Positions 52,001 to 59,619 of a stretch of 64,000 bases of DNA are shown here, in pieces (position 1 is the stretch's first letter; the number at the start of each line of letters is the position of its first letter). The translations under genes and the position numbers were made by a program. The notes under the pieces were generated by a model. The model made no database searches. It was not told where the DNA came from and saw nothing but the letters and a program-made list of their open reading frames with translations. The stretch comes from Scyliorhinus canicula. Taxonomy: Eukaryota. Location: assembly GCF_902713615.1 (NCBI RefSeq), contig NC_052146.1, forward strand, positions 310,264,335 through 310,328,334. Direction: 5' to 3'.

Positions 52001-53042
52001 CCCATGGTGAGAGCACAGGCTGACATTCTACAGCAGCAGTGAAGCTAATGTGTCAGCCTGGCTCAGTTTGGGGCACTTGTATCCCTCAGTCAGAAAGCCG
52101 TGGGTTTAGCTGCCTTTTCAGGAAGTTGAGCTCTCAATTAAAGCTGCCATTCTGGGAAATGAGAGAGAGAAAAGCATTGTGTCATCATTCAGATGTGACA
52201 TTGAGACCGCGACATTGAGCTGACCGATTAGGTGATTCAGTCCAATATTAAACATCCCAAACAACAATTTTAAAATGAACAGTACACGCTCTCGATCTCC
52301 TGACCATCATTTGTCCGTCAGTTAAAACCCTCACACAGCACCTGAACTTTCATTTAACACAATAATCTCAGGGAAAAGTTACTGAAATTGAATAGCTGCA
52401 GGGTTTGGTGTAACAACAGAGCCAGAACTTCAAACTGATTCATTGCTTGTAGAGTAATAGAACAGATTTAAATTGACAAGTTAAATATTATTGATGAAAG
52501 AAAATTGTTTTGTGTGTCCTGTGTGTCTGCTTGCCTCAATTGGTTGAACTCAGCTCTGCATCACAACATTACAAATGCAACTTTAAAAAAATCAGTAGGT
52601 AGCCATTCAAACCCATCCCAAATACACCCACTCAATGAACAGATTAATTCAATCCACTCCAAATACACCCACTTAATGAGCAGATTAATTCAATTTACCC
52701 CAAACACACCCATGTAATGTCCAGACTGTCACTCAAACCCATTGTTACATTCAATGAATAACAGAGAAGAATGGGAAAACCGAGATTTCTGACCCGTGTT
52801 CCCAGTCTGTGTAACTCTGTGTCAGGTGCACTAAACATTCTCAATATGGTGATAAATTCTGCTGTAACTCTCATGTCCAGTTTGAATGTTCTAACTCTGG
52901 AATTCACACAAGTTACAGGTGCAGAAACACCGGAACACAAAGCTTATAACAATTTAAACTTCTCCAAGCCAAACTAAAACTTGTACTTACCCCCAGAAAC
53001 ACAGAGTGACAGAGTCACAACAAAAAGAGTTTTACTGATCAT
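13001..53042 (-). CDS. Multi-exon gene model: type I membrane receptor with signal peptide, single VJ-type Ig V domain, uncharged TM and ITAM-bearing cytoplasmic tail (3' end unresolved)
   Basis: Exons 53042-52991, 26940-26596, 24583-24433, 22750-22707, 21276-21224, 14206-14165 and 13043-13001 have GT donors, AG acceptors on all internal exons, and compatible phases (1,1,2,1,0,0,1). Together 730 nt, 243 open codons: MISKTLFVVTLSLCVSG-GANAPVLIQSP...DTAVYYCSVWGDISGNGSQLNVT-KQSSDKNPRTSDVIVLSTGIILAFVVLFCFALLTCYLVKKRLHSAKNSTQ-RIPDEDQNPVYATVG-DKTRSSNQEVQEAPPAPL-NLDDSPADSDPTYT-ALQQPTSSVYSEIK. Exon joining is inferred, with no transcript data. Confidence 0.75.
13305..13920 (-). mobile_element. Two adjacent HE1/V-SINEs (about 13305-13632 and 13660-13920)
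   Basis: Two tRNA-like heads on the minus strand, inside the intron that splits the ITAM. Confidence 0.8.
14165..14206 (-). CDS. ITAM first-half exon, copy A (NLDDSPADSDPTYT)
   Basis: tttacattttgtttcag| ... |gtaaag, 42 nt, phase 0-0, acidic and ending in Y-T. Confidence 0.8.
14278..14878. mobile_element. PIF/Harbinger-type MITE, 601 bp
   Basis: 14-bp TIRs GGTCGGGATTCTCC / GGAGAATCCCGCCC and 3-bp TSD CTG (14275-14277, 14879-14881). Empty sites in copies B and C read aaaacCTGatta. Confidence 0.9.
15295..15970 (+). mobile_element. CR1 ORF2 fragments
   Basis: LQQDLDRLSEWA..WQMQYNVDKC; LVRPYLEYCLQF. Confidence 0.8.
18335..19360 (+). repeat. 24-bp minisatellite (ccagtaatatcagggtctgtgtgt), about 42 copies
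   Basis: Directly visible; explains the spurious (CPVISGSV)n ORF. Confidence 0.97.
20093..20345 (+). repeat. 15-bp minisatellite (aaatcacccctcaac), about 17 copies
   Basis: Directly visible; variants are arranged in blocks (cac, cgc, cac, then aac to aaa). Confidence 0.95.
20560..20880 (+). repeat. GT-rich simple repeat spanning an assembly gap (128 N at 20663-20790)
   Basis: Directly visible. Confidence 0.95.
21224..21276 (-). CDS. Cytoplasmic exon 2 (DKTRSSNQEVQEAPPAPL)
   Basis: gtgttttctttcag| ... |gtaagg, 53 nt, phase 1 to 0. Confidence 0.7.
21590..22075 (-). mobile_element. CR1 3' end
   Basis: MEGEQRRFTRLNPGMVGLSYEERL...RGHSLRIRG...FTQR. Confidence 0.85.
22707..22750 (-). CDS. Cytoplasmic exon 1 (IPDEDQNPVYATVG)
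   Basis: catttctttag| ... |gtgagt, 44 nt, phase 2 to 1, matching the TM exon; contains a Tyr motif. Confidence 0.8.
22960..23185 (-). mobile_element. CR1 fragment
   Basis: [37 protein letters not shown]. Confidence 0.85.
24433..24583 (-). CDS. Short stalk + transmembrane + juxtamembrane exon
   Basis: tattttacag| ... |gtaaat, 151 nt, phase 1 to 2. Encodes (K)QSSDKNPRTSD-VIVLSTGIILAFVVLFCFALLTCYLV-KKRLHSAKNSTQ: a hydrophobic span with no charged residue followed by a basic stop-transfer motif. Confidence 0.88.
24640..25220 (+). mobile_element. CR1 3' fragment ending in a ~59-bp tandem repeat (acacagcgagtggttagggtctggaatg..., 4-5 copies from 24973)
   Basis: RRRIRGDLIEMFK; repeated TQRVVRVWN unit. 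Confidence 0.85.
26596..26940 (-). CDS. Intact Ig V-set exon (V1) with germline-joined J-like segment
   Basis: 345-nt phase 1-1 exon (tctctgaaag| ... |gtaagt). B-strand Cys (LQC), C-strand Trp (VHW), DTAVYYC, 72 residues between the cysteines, and G-strand SGNGSQLNVT resembling FGxGTxLxV. Partly visible as ORF 26519..26860. Confidence 0.95.
27245..28135 (+). mobile_element. SINE pieces interrupted by Harbinger-type MITE sequence (about 27409-27990)
   Basis: SINE head at 27245; cgggattc / ggagaat-type terminal motifs as in the 14278 MITE; SINE-B-like tail at 28065-28135. Confidence 0.55.
29640..30570 (+). mobile_element. CR1 3' fragment
   Basis: FVDDIKVVGIVDSDEDSQRIRQDIDRL through to the 3' tail. 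Confidence 0.85.
32608..32952 (-). pseudogene. Duplicated VJ-type V exon (V2), frameshifted
   Basis: 345 nt, acceptor ctgaaag and donor GTAAGT as in V1. Reads ATDPVLIQSPSVEHVTEGQTARLQCSMQNAAVRDRNVYWDRERPGKQREGILDHDTRNDIYR, then a +1 insertion near 32762 gives TGA at 32749-32747. A -1 deletion in the CDR3 region restores length; the corrected end is DTAVYYCSVW..IYGNGSRLNVT. Confidence 0.9.
33835..34110 (+). mobile_element. HE1/V-SINE
   Basis: gtggcacagtggttagcactgctgcctcac...ggttcaattcc head and core. Confidence 0.75.
35170..40332 (+). mobile_element. Full-length but inactivated L1-clade LINE (ORF1 35393-36163; ORF2 from about 36821: APE endonuclease + RT)
   Basis: 5' GACTTCCGGTGG; L1-type ORF1 (RRKNLWI...AHRV...PRAVLVRFH...IYQD); ORF2 LVTWNARGLN, GGDFN, SRIDFF, SDH, PGPDGF, YRPISLLNVDAK, DAEKAFDRV, YADDLLLY; A-rich tail after AATAAA. 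17-bp TSD GAGAATGA(A/G)GGTAATTC at 35153-35169 and 40333-40349. Several stops, frameshifts and a deletion near 39000. Confidence 0.93.
40560..43700 (+). mobile_element. Degenerate Gmr1-like Gypsy pol with integrase upstream of RT
   Basis: GHVGIRKTQ...FCRTCSNCQVIGKP; VDCVGPLP; ESTGFSPFELVNGHEVRGPL; KVKFSGP; HRNMLKKY; then HDTDVGDSNPIKHHPYRLN, CIDNRKFNVITKTDLYPIP and KGHWQVPL (RT). Interrupted by SINE-B at 40757-40945 and a minisatellite. Confidence 0.75.
42105..43085 (+). repeat. 32-bp purine-rich minisatellite (gagatagtaagagtgaggcaggggaagggaca), about 30 copies
   Basis: Directly visible; explains the spurious minus-strand ORFs 41973..43250 and 42047..43168. Confidence 0.95.
43740..47190 (-). 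mobile_element. Cluster of CR1 ORF2 fragments (about 43740-45250 and 45330-47190)
   Basis: [12 protein letters not shown]; DKSPGPGGIYSRILKE; NYRLVSLTSVV; QHGFVKGRSCLTNLIEFFEEVT; DFSKAFDKV. Confidence 0.88.
47420..47600 (-). mobile_element. HE1/V-SINE 5' part
   Basis: tRNA-like head on the minus strand. Confidence 0.7.
48040..48440 (-). mobile_element. Non-LTR retrotransposon 3' fragment (clade not assigned)
   Basis: MEYSPLAWVSAAPTTLKRLDT resembles the post-RT region of LINE ORF2; related pieces near 17300-17600 and 26230-26430. Confidence 0.55.
49960..50235 (+). mobile_element. HE1/V-SINE
   Basis: gggcagcacggtagcacaagtggc...gattccc head, core and (ctatgtt) tail. Confidence 0.85.
50765..52003. 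mobile_element. Harbinger-type non-autonomous element with an internal C-rich satellite (about 51020-51660, ccaccccctgg units)
   Basis: Termini AGGCTGGATTCTCCG / CGGAGAATCCCGCCC match the 14278 MITE TIR; TSD degenerate (CTG/ATG). Confidence 0.65.
52991..53042 (-). CDS. Leader (signal peptide) exon MISKTLFVVTLSLCVSG
   Basis: ATG at 53042-53040, 17 codons with a hydrophobic core plus 1 nt, then a consensus donor GGGG|GTAAGT. Phase 1, as in IgSF leader exons, and compatible with both V exons. Confidence 0.8.
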
Positions 53043-53129
53043 CTCAACAGAATAACAATCCTCTTTATCCACACCGTTTATTGCATGTCCAGTAAATACA
53101 TTGAAACACAAAGTGTCCCAACCGACAGA

Positions 53130-53195
53130 AACTTTTTTAATAGCCTTTTTCACAGGAGGGAATGATGCTAAAGAGGAACTAGTGACAGATGGTGC
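53130..53195 (-). promoter_or_regulatory. Candidate proximal promoter of the receptor gene (PU/Ets box, E-box, TATA-like)
   Basis: AAAGAGGAACT at 53170-53180 (PU-box-like), CAGATG E-box at 53186-53191 and TATTAAAA on the minus strand at 53142-53135, about 95-150 nt upstream of the leader ATG. Short motifs, so chance is possible. Confidence 0.35.
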
Positions 53196-53199
53196 AGTT

Positions 53200-53960
53200 G
53201 AAGTCGGTTTCTTGGTTTTCAGCAAATCCTTTGATAAGGTCGCACAAGGGAGACTTATTGAGAAGGCAAATGCACATGGGATACAGGGGAGCTTGATAAG
53301 GTGGATTGAAATCTGGGTGAGCTGTAGGAGACCGAGGGTGATGACAGACGGCTGCGTTAGTGACTGGAAGCCAGTGACCAGTGGGGTACCACAGGGATCT
53401 GTGCTGGGCCCCCTATTATTCATCATTGATATAAATGACTGAGATGACTATGTGAGGGGTAGGATCAGTAAGTTTGCGGATGACACAAAGATAGGCCGGG
53501 GGGTTAACAGTGAGGCTGTGGGTCTTGGGTTCCAGGAAGAAATAGACGGGATGGTCAAATGGGCAGAAAAGTGGCAGATGGAATTTAACCCTGAAAAGTG
53601 TGAGGAGTTACACTTTGGAATGAGTAATTTGACAAGGAAATATTCAATGGATGGCACCACACTGGGAAGACCTGAGGAACAAAGAGACCTTGGCGTATTT
53701 GTCCATAGATCTCTGCATGCAGAAGGGCAGGTTAATCAGGTGCTGGAAAAGGCAGATGGGACACTTACCTTTATCAATCGGGGCATCGACTACAAAAGCA
53801 GGGAGGTCATGTTGGAGTTATGTAGAACTTTGGTGAAGCCACAGCTGGAGTACTGTGTGCAGTTCTGGTCACCACATTATAGGAAGGATGTGATTGCACT
53901 GGAGGGGGTGCAGAGGAGATTCACCAGGATGCTGCCTGGGGTAGAACATTTAAGTGATGA
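53200..53960 (+). mobile_element. CR1 ORF2 fragment
   Basis: [16 protein letters not shown]; [25 protein letters not shown]. Confidence 0.9.
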
Positions 53961-54209
53961 AGGGAGTTAAGGGGCTGTCCTGAGATGAGACCCCTTAAAA
54001 CTGAATAGCTGTGGGTAAGAGTTCAATTTAATAGACCTGTTTTTCTGTCAAAAGTTTGTGTCTGATTGGCTGAAGCTGCCCCCACCCTAATTGCTGAGTG
54101 GCAGTTATCTGTCAATCACCTGAAGCCTGATTTAGAGGCCAAGGTGTAAATTTGATTCTTCTGTTTGAAGCATAACATGTGTGAGTCATCTCAGTGTGGG
54201 TGTCACCAC

Positions 54210-54435
54210 TGTTGTATTGTATATATCGCATACTAGGGTATTAGGGTAAGTCTCCTGTACTGCAGGTACGGGGGTAGATCCCAGTCTGCTGGCTCCGCCC
54301 AGTAGGCGGAGTATAAATGTGTGAACTCTCCGAGCTGCAGCCATTTTGGCAGCAGCTGCGGGAGGCTACACATCTCTGCGTAACAAAGCCTCAATAACTC
54401 TCTACTCTCATCTCGACGTGATTGACAGTGCATCA
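54210..54435 (+). mobile_element. Gypsy-type solo LTR
   Basis: TGTTG...GCATCA; shares a ~33-bp block with the LTR at 1972; no clear TSD. Confidence 0.7.
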
Positions 54436-54439
54436 CTCA

Positions 54440-56605
54440 GTTTAGCTGGGTTCTATATAAGAGAGAGGTATAAAGCTCACACTCAGTAAGCTTTGCGCAC
54501 GGTGACGTTGAGACAGCCTGAGTGAGTGAGAGAGCCCGAGTGAGGATTGGAACTTGGTAATTTGGAGCAGGACGGTAATTCAGTGCAGAGTGGGAGGAGG
54601 CGCTTCTCCCCTTTCATTTTGTTTTCTTTCTTTTGGCTTTTCAGGAGCGGAGCGGAGACGAGTGGCTGGAGCAACGGCATCTTGGGAAGGTGAGCGGGTA
54701 GACGGTGAATCTGAGGCTCAGACTGGGGAGAAACTGAAGAGTGATGTCACAGAAGGGCTGTGATTAGATTGGCCAAGAGGGGACCTGCTAAATTAGAATC
54801 TATTGGTAAGTAGTGATGATTGGTCAGCAGTTTTTCTTTTCTTTTTATTTGTCTATTTTTATTTCTCTCGTTTTTTGGAAATGTAGTTGTCTTAATTAAC
54901 CTAAGATTTAAGACATGGCAGGAGATCCCAGACCGTGTCATGCTCCTCGTGTGCGATGTGGGAGCTCAGGGTCATGTCCACTGACCCTGGCTCCTTCACC
55001 TGCAGGAAGTGTGTCCAGCTGCAGCTCCTGTTAGACCGCTTGACGGCTCTGGAGCTGCGGATGGACTCACTTTGGAACATTCACGAACCTGAGGACGTCG
55101 TGGACAGCACGTTTAGCGAGTTGGTCAGACCGCAGATAAGAGTACTGAGGGAGATAGGAAATGAGTGACCATCAGACGGAGAAAGAACAGGAAGGCAGTG
55201 CAGGGGTCTCATGCGGTCCTGTCCCTCCAAAACAGGTGGACTGATTTGGATACTGTTGGGGGAGATGGCTCACCAGGGGAAGGCAGAAGTAGCCAGGTTC
55301 ATGGCACCGTGCCTGGCTCTGCTGTGCAGGAGGGCAGGAAGAAGAATGGCAGGGCTATAGTGATAGGAGACTCAATGGTAGGGGGGGGGGGGGGGGTAGA
55401 CAGACGTTTCTGCAGAAGTAAACAAGACTCCAGGAAGGTATGTTGCCTCCTGGGTGAAAGGGTCCTGGATGTCTCAGAGCATCTGCAGGACATTCCAAAG
55501 GGGGAGGGTGAACAGTCAGCTGTCGTGGTGCATACAGGCTCCAATGATATAGGTAGGAAATGGGATGAGGTCCTTCTTGCTGAATTTTTGGAGTTAAGAA
55601 ATAAACTAAAAAGTAGGACCTCAAAGGTAGTAATCCCAGGATTGCTACCAGTGCCATGTGCTAGTCATAGTAGGAATGACAGGGTAGACAGGATGAATGC
55701 GTGGCTTGAGAAATGGTGCAGGAGGGAGAGATTCAGATTTTTGGGACATTTGGACCGGTTCTGGGGGAGGCGGGACCACTACAAATTGGACGGTCTACAC
55801 CTGGGCAGACTGTAACCAATGTCCAAGGGGGGTTCTTTGCTTGCTCTGTTGGGGAGTTTTAAACTAATGTGCCAGGGAGATGGGAATCAATGCAGGAAGT
55901 CGGCGGGTAATAAAGAGAGGATTGAAACAAAAGTCACTGAGGACAAAAGTGGAAGGCAGAGAAACCGATTGAACTGCGTTTATTTCAATGCAAGAGGCCT
56001 AACGGGCAAGGCAGATGAACTCAGGGCACGGATAGGTACATGGGACTGGGATATTATAGCTGTTACTGAAACATGGCTAAAGGAGGGGCAGGACTGGCAG
56101 CTCAATGTTCCGGGGTACAGATGCTATCGGAAAGATAGAACAGGAGAAAGGAGAGGAGGGGGAGGTGTGTTTTTGATTAGGGACAGTATCACGGCTGTAC
56201 AGAGAGAGGATATATCCGAGGGTTCTCCCACTGAGTCTATATGGGTAGAACTGAAAAATAAGAAGGATGAGATCACTTTGATAGGACTGTACTATAGGCC
56301 CCCAAATAGTCAGCAGGATATTGAGGAGCAGATATGTAAAGAGATTACAGAGAGCTGCCGTAATAACAGAGTGGGAATAGTTGGGGACTTTAACTTTCCC
56401 AACATTAACTGGGACAGCCATAGCACTGGGGGTTTGGATGGAGAGAAATCTGCCGAGTGTATTCAGGAAAAATTCCTCATTCAATATGTGGATGGCCCGA
56501 CCAGAGAGGGGGCAAAACCTGACCTCCTCTTGGGGAATAAGCAAGGGCAGGTGACGGAAGTGTTAGTGAGGGTCACTTTGGGACAAGTGACCATAATTCC
56601 ATTAC
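54440..56605 (+). mobile_element. 5' half of a CR1 LINE: 5' UTR, ORF1 (zinc finger + SGNH esterase, from ATG 54915, frameshifted) and ORF2 endonuclease (55819-56600)
   Basis: CSSCAMWE...CRKC; IVIGDSMV...VVHTGSNDI (GDSL/SGNH blocks); YFNARGL...VTETWL...YRPPNS...VGDFNFPNINW. Confidence 0.9.
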
Positions 56606-56609
56606 CTGA

Positions 56610-59325
56610 GGAAGGCGCAGTAACTGTCTAACTGTTTTTTACCCCCTTCTCCCACTGCCTCTGGCAGCTCGTTCCAGATCCTCACCACCCTCTGTGTGAA
56701 GCAATTTCCCCTCTGGTCTCTTTTGTATCTCTCCCCTCTCACCTTAAACCTATGCCCTCTAGTTTGAGACATCTCTACCTTTGGAAAAAGATGTTGACCA
56801 TCAATCTTATCTATGCTCTTCATTATTTTATAGACCTCTGCAGAACAGCTTCAGAAAGGCAGTTCGAGGAAGATCTGCCTACTGAGGTAATATGGGTTGA
56901 AGTTAGAAATAGGAAAGGAGCAGTCACCTTGTTTGGAGTTTTCTATAGGCCCCCCAATAGCAGCAGAGATGTGGAAGAACAGATTGGGAAACAGATTTTG
57001 GAAAGGTGCAGAAATGACAGGGGAGTCGTCATGGGTAACTTCAACTTCCCAAACATTGAGTGGAAACTCTTTAGATCAAATAGTTTGGATGGGGTGGTGT
57101 TTGTGCTGTGTGTCCAGGAAGCTTTTCGAACACAGACTGTAGATTGTCCGACCAGAGGGGAGGCCATATTGGATTTGGTACGTAGTAATGAACCAGAGCA
57201 AGTGATAGATTTTTAGTGGGGGATCATTTTGGAGATAGTGACCATAATTCTGTGACTTTCACTTTAATTATGGAGAGGGATAGGTGCATGCAACCGGGCA
57301 AGGTTTACAATTGGAGGAAGGGTAAATACGATGCTGTCAGACAAGAATTAAAGTGCATAAGTTGGGAACATAGGCTGTCAGGGAAGGACACAAGTGAAAT
57401 GTGGAACTTGTTAAAGGAACAGATACTACGTGTCCTTGATATGTATGTCCCTGTCAGGCAGGGAAGAGATGGTCGAGTGAGGGAACCATGGTTGACAAGA
57501 GAGGTTGAATGTCTTGTTAAGAGGAAGAAGGAGACTTATGTAAGGCCGAGGAAACAAGGTTCAGACAGGGTGCTGGAGGGATACAAGATAGCCAGGAGGG
57601 AACTGAAGAAAGGGATTAGAAGAGCAAAGAGAGGGCATGAAAAATCTTTGGCGGGTAGGATCAAGGAAAACCATAAGGCCTTTTACACATATGTGAGAAA
57701 TATGAGAATGACTGGAGCAAGGGTAGGTCCGATCAAGGACAGTAGCGGGAGATTGTGTATTGAGTCTGAAGAGATAGGAGAGGACTTGAACAAGTATTTT
57801 TCTTCAGTACTTACGAATGAGAGGGGCCATATTGTTGGAGAGGAAAGTGTGAAACAGACTGATAAGCTCGAGGAGATACTTGTTAGGAAGGAAGATGTGT
57901 TCGGCATTTTGAAAAACTTGAGGATAGACAAGTCCCTCGGGCCTGAGGGGATATATCCAAGGATTCTATGGGAAGCAAGAGATGAAATTGCAGAGGCGTT
58001 GGCAATGATCTTTTTGTCCTCACTGTCAACACGGGTCATTGGAGAGTGGCGAATGTCGTCCCCTGTTCAAAAAAGGGAATAGGGATAACCCCGGGAATTA
58101 CAGACCAGTTAGTCTTACTTCGGTGGTAGGCAAAGTAATGGAAAGGGTACTGAGGGATAGGATTTCTGAGCATTTGGAAAGACACTGCTTGATAAGGGAT
58201 AGTCAGCACGGATTTGTGAGGGGTAGGACTTGCCTCACAAGTCTTATTGAATTCTTTGAGGAGGTGACCAAGTATGTGGATGTAGTGTACATGGAGTTTA
58301 GTACGGCATTTGATAAGGTTCCCCATGGTAGGCTTATGCAGAAAGTAAGAAGACATGGATAGTGGGGAATTTGGCCAGTTGGATAACGAACTGGCTAACC
58401 GATAGAAGTCAGAAGGTGGTGGTGGATGGTAAATATTCAGCCTGGAGCCCAGTTACCAGTGGTGTACCGCAGGGATCAGTTCTGGATCCTCTGCTGTTTG
58501 TAATTTTCATTAATGACTTGGATGAGGGAGTTGAAGGGTGGGTCAGTAAATTTGAAGACGATACGAAGATTGGTGGAGTTGTGGATAGTGAGGAGGGCTG
58601 TTGTCGGCTGCAAAGAGACATAGATAGGACGCAGAGCTGGGCTGAGAAGTGGCAGATGGAGTTTAACCCTGAAAAGTGTGAGGTTGTCCATTTTGGAAGG
58701 ACAAATATGAATGCAAATTACAGAGTTAATGGTAGGGTTCTTGGCAATGTGGAGGAGCAGAGAGATCTTGGTCTATGTTCATAGATCTTTGAAATTTGCA
58801 CTCAAGTGGCTCGAGGTGTGAAGAAGGCCTATGGTGTGCTAGTGTTCATTAGCAGAGGGATTGAATTTAAGAGCCGTGAGGTGATGATGCAGCTGTACAA
58901 AACCTTGGTAAGGCCACATTTGGAGTACTGTGTGCAGTTCTGGTTGCCTTATTTTAGGAAGGATGTGGAAGCTTTGGAAAAGGTGCAAAACAATTTACCA
59001 GGATGTTGTCTGGAATGGAGAGTAGGTCTTACGAGGAAAGGTTGAGGGTGCTAGGCCTTTTCTCATTAGAACGGAGAAGGATGAGGGGTGACTTGATAGA
59101 GGTTTATGATATGATCAGGGGAATAGATAGAGTAGACAGTCAGAGACATTTTCCCCGGGTGGAACATACCATTACAAGGGGACATAAATTTAAGGTGAAT
59201 GGTGGAAAATATAGGGGGGTTGTCAGAGGTCGCTTCTTTGCCCAGAGAGTAGTGGGGGCATGGAATGCACTGCCTGTGGAAGTAGTTGAGTCGTAAACAT
59301 TAGGGACCTTCAAGCGGCTATTGGA
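56610..59325 (+). mobile_element. Inverted CR1 3' fragment (56610-56840, minus) followed by a second, 5'-truncated CR1 (56845-59325, plus)
   Basis: The second copy restarts in the endonuclease (VIWVEVRN...YRPPNS) and runs through RT (NYRPVSLTSVV, PQGSVL, DDTKIG) to the 3' tail. Confidence 0.88.
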
Positions 59326-59619
59326 TAGGGGCTGTTTAGCTCACAGGGCTAATCGCTGGCTTTGAAAGTAGACCAAGGCAAGCCAGCAGCACGGTTCGAT
59401 TCCCGTAACAGCCTCCCCGGACAGGCGCTGGAATGTGGCGACTAGGGGCTTTTCACAGTAACTTCATTTGAAGCCTACTCGTGACAATAAGCGATTTTCA
59501 CATGGATTGCGGTAGAATGGTGGGGTGTAGATTAATTTGTTCTTAATCTAGGACAAACGTTCGGCACAACATCGTGGGCCGAAGGGCCTGTTCTGTGCTG
59601 TATTTTTCTATGTTCTATG

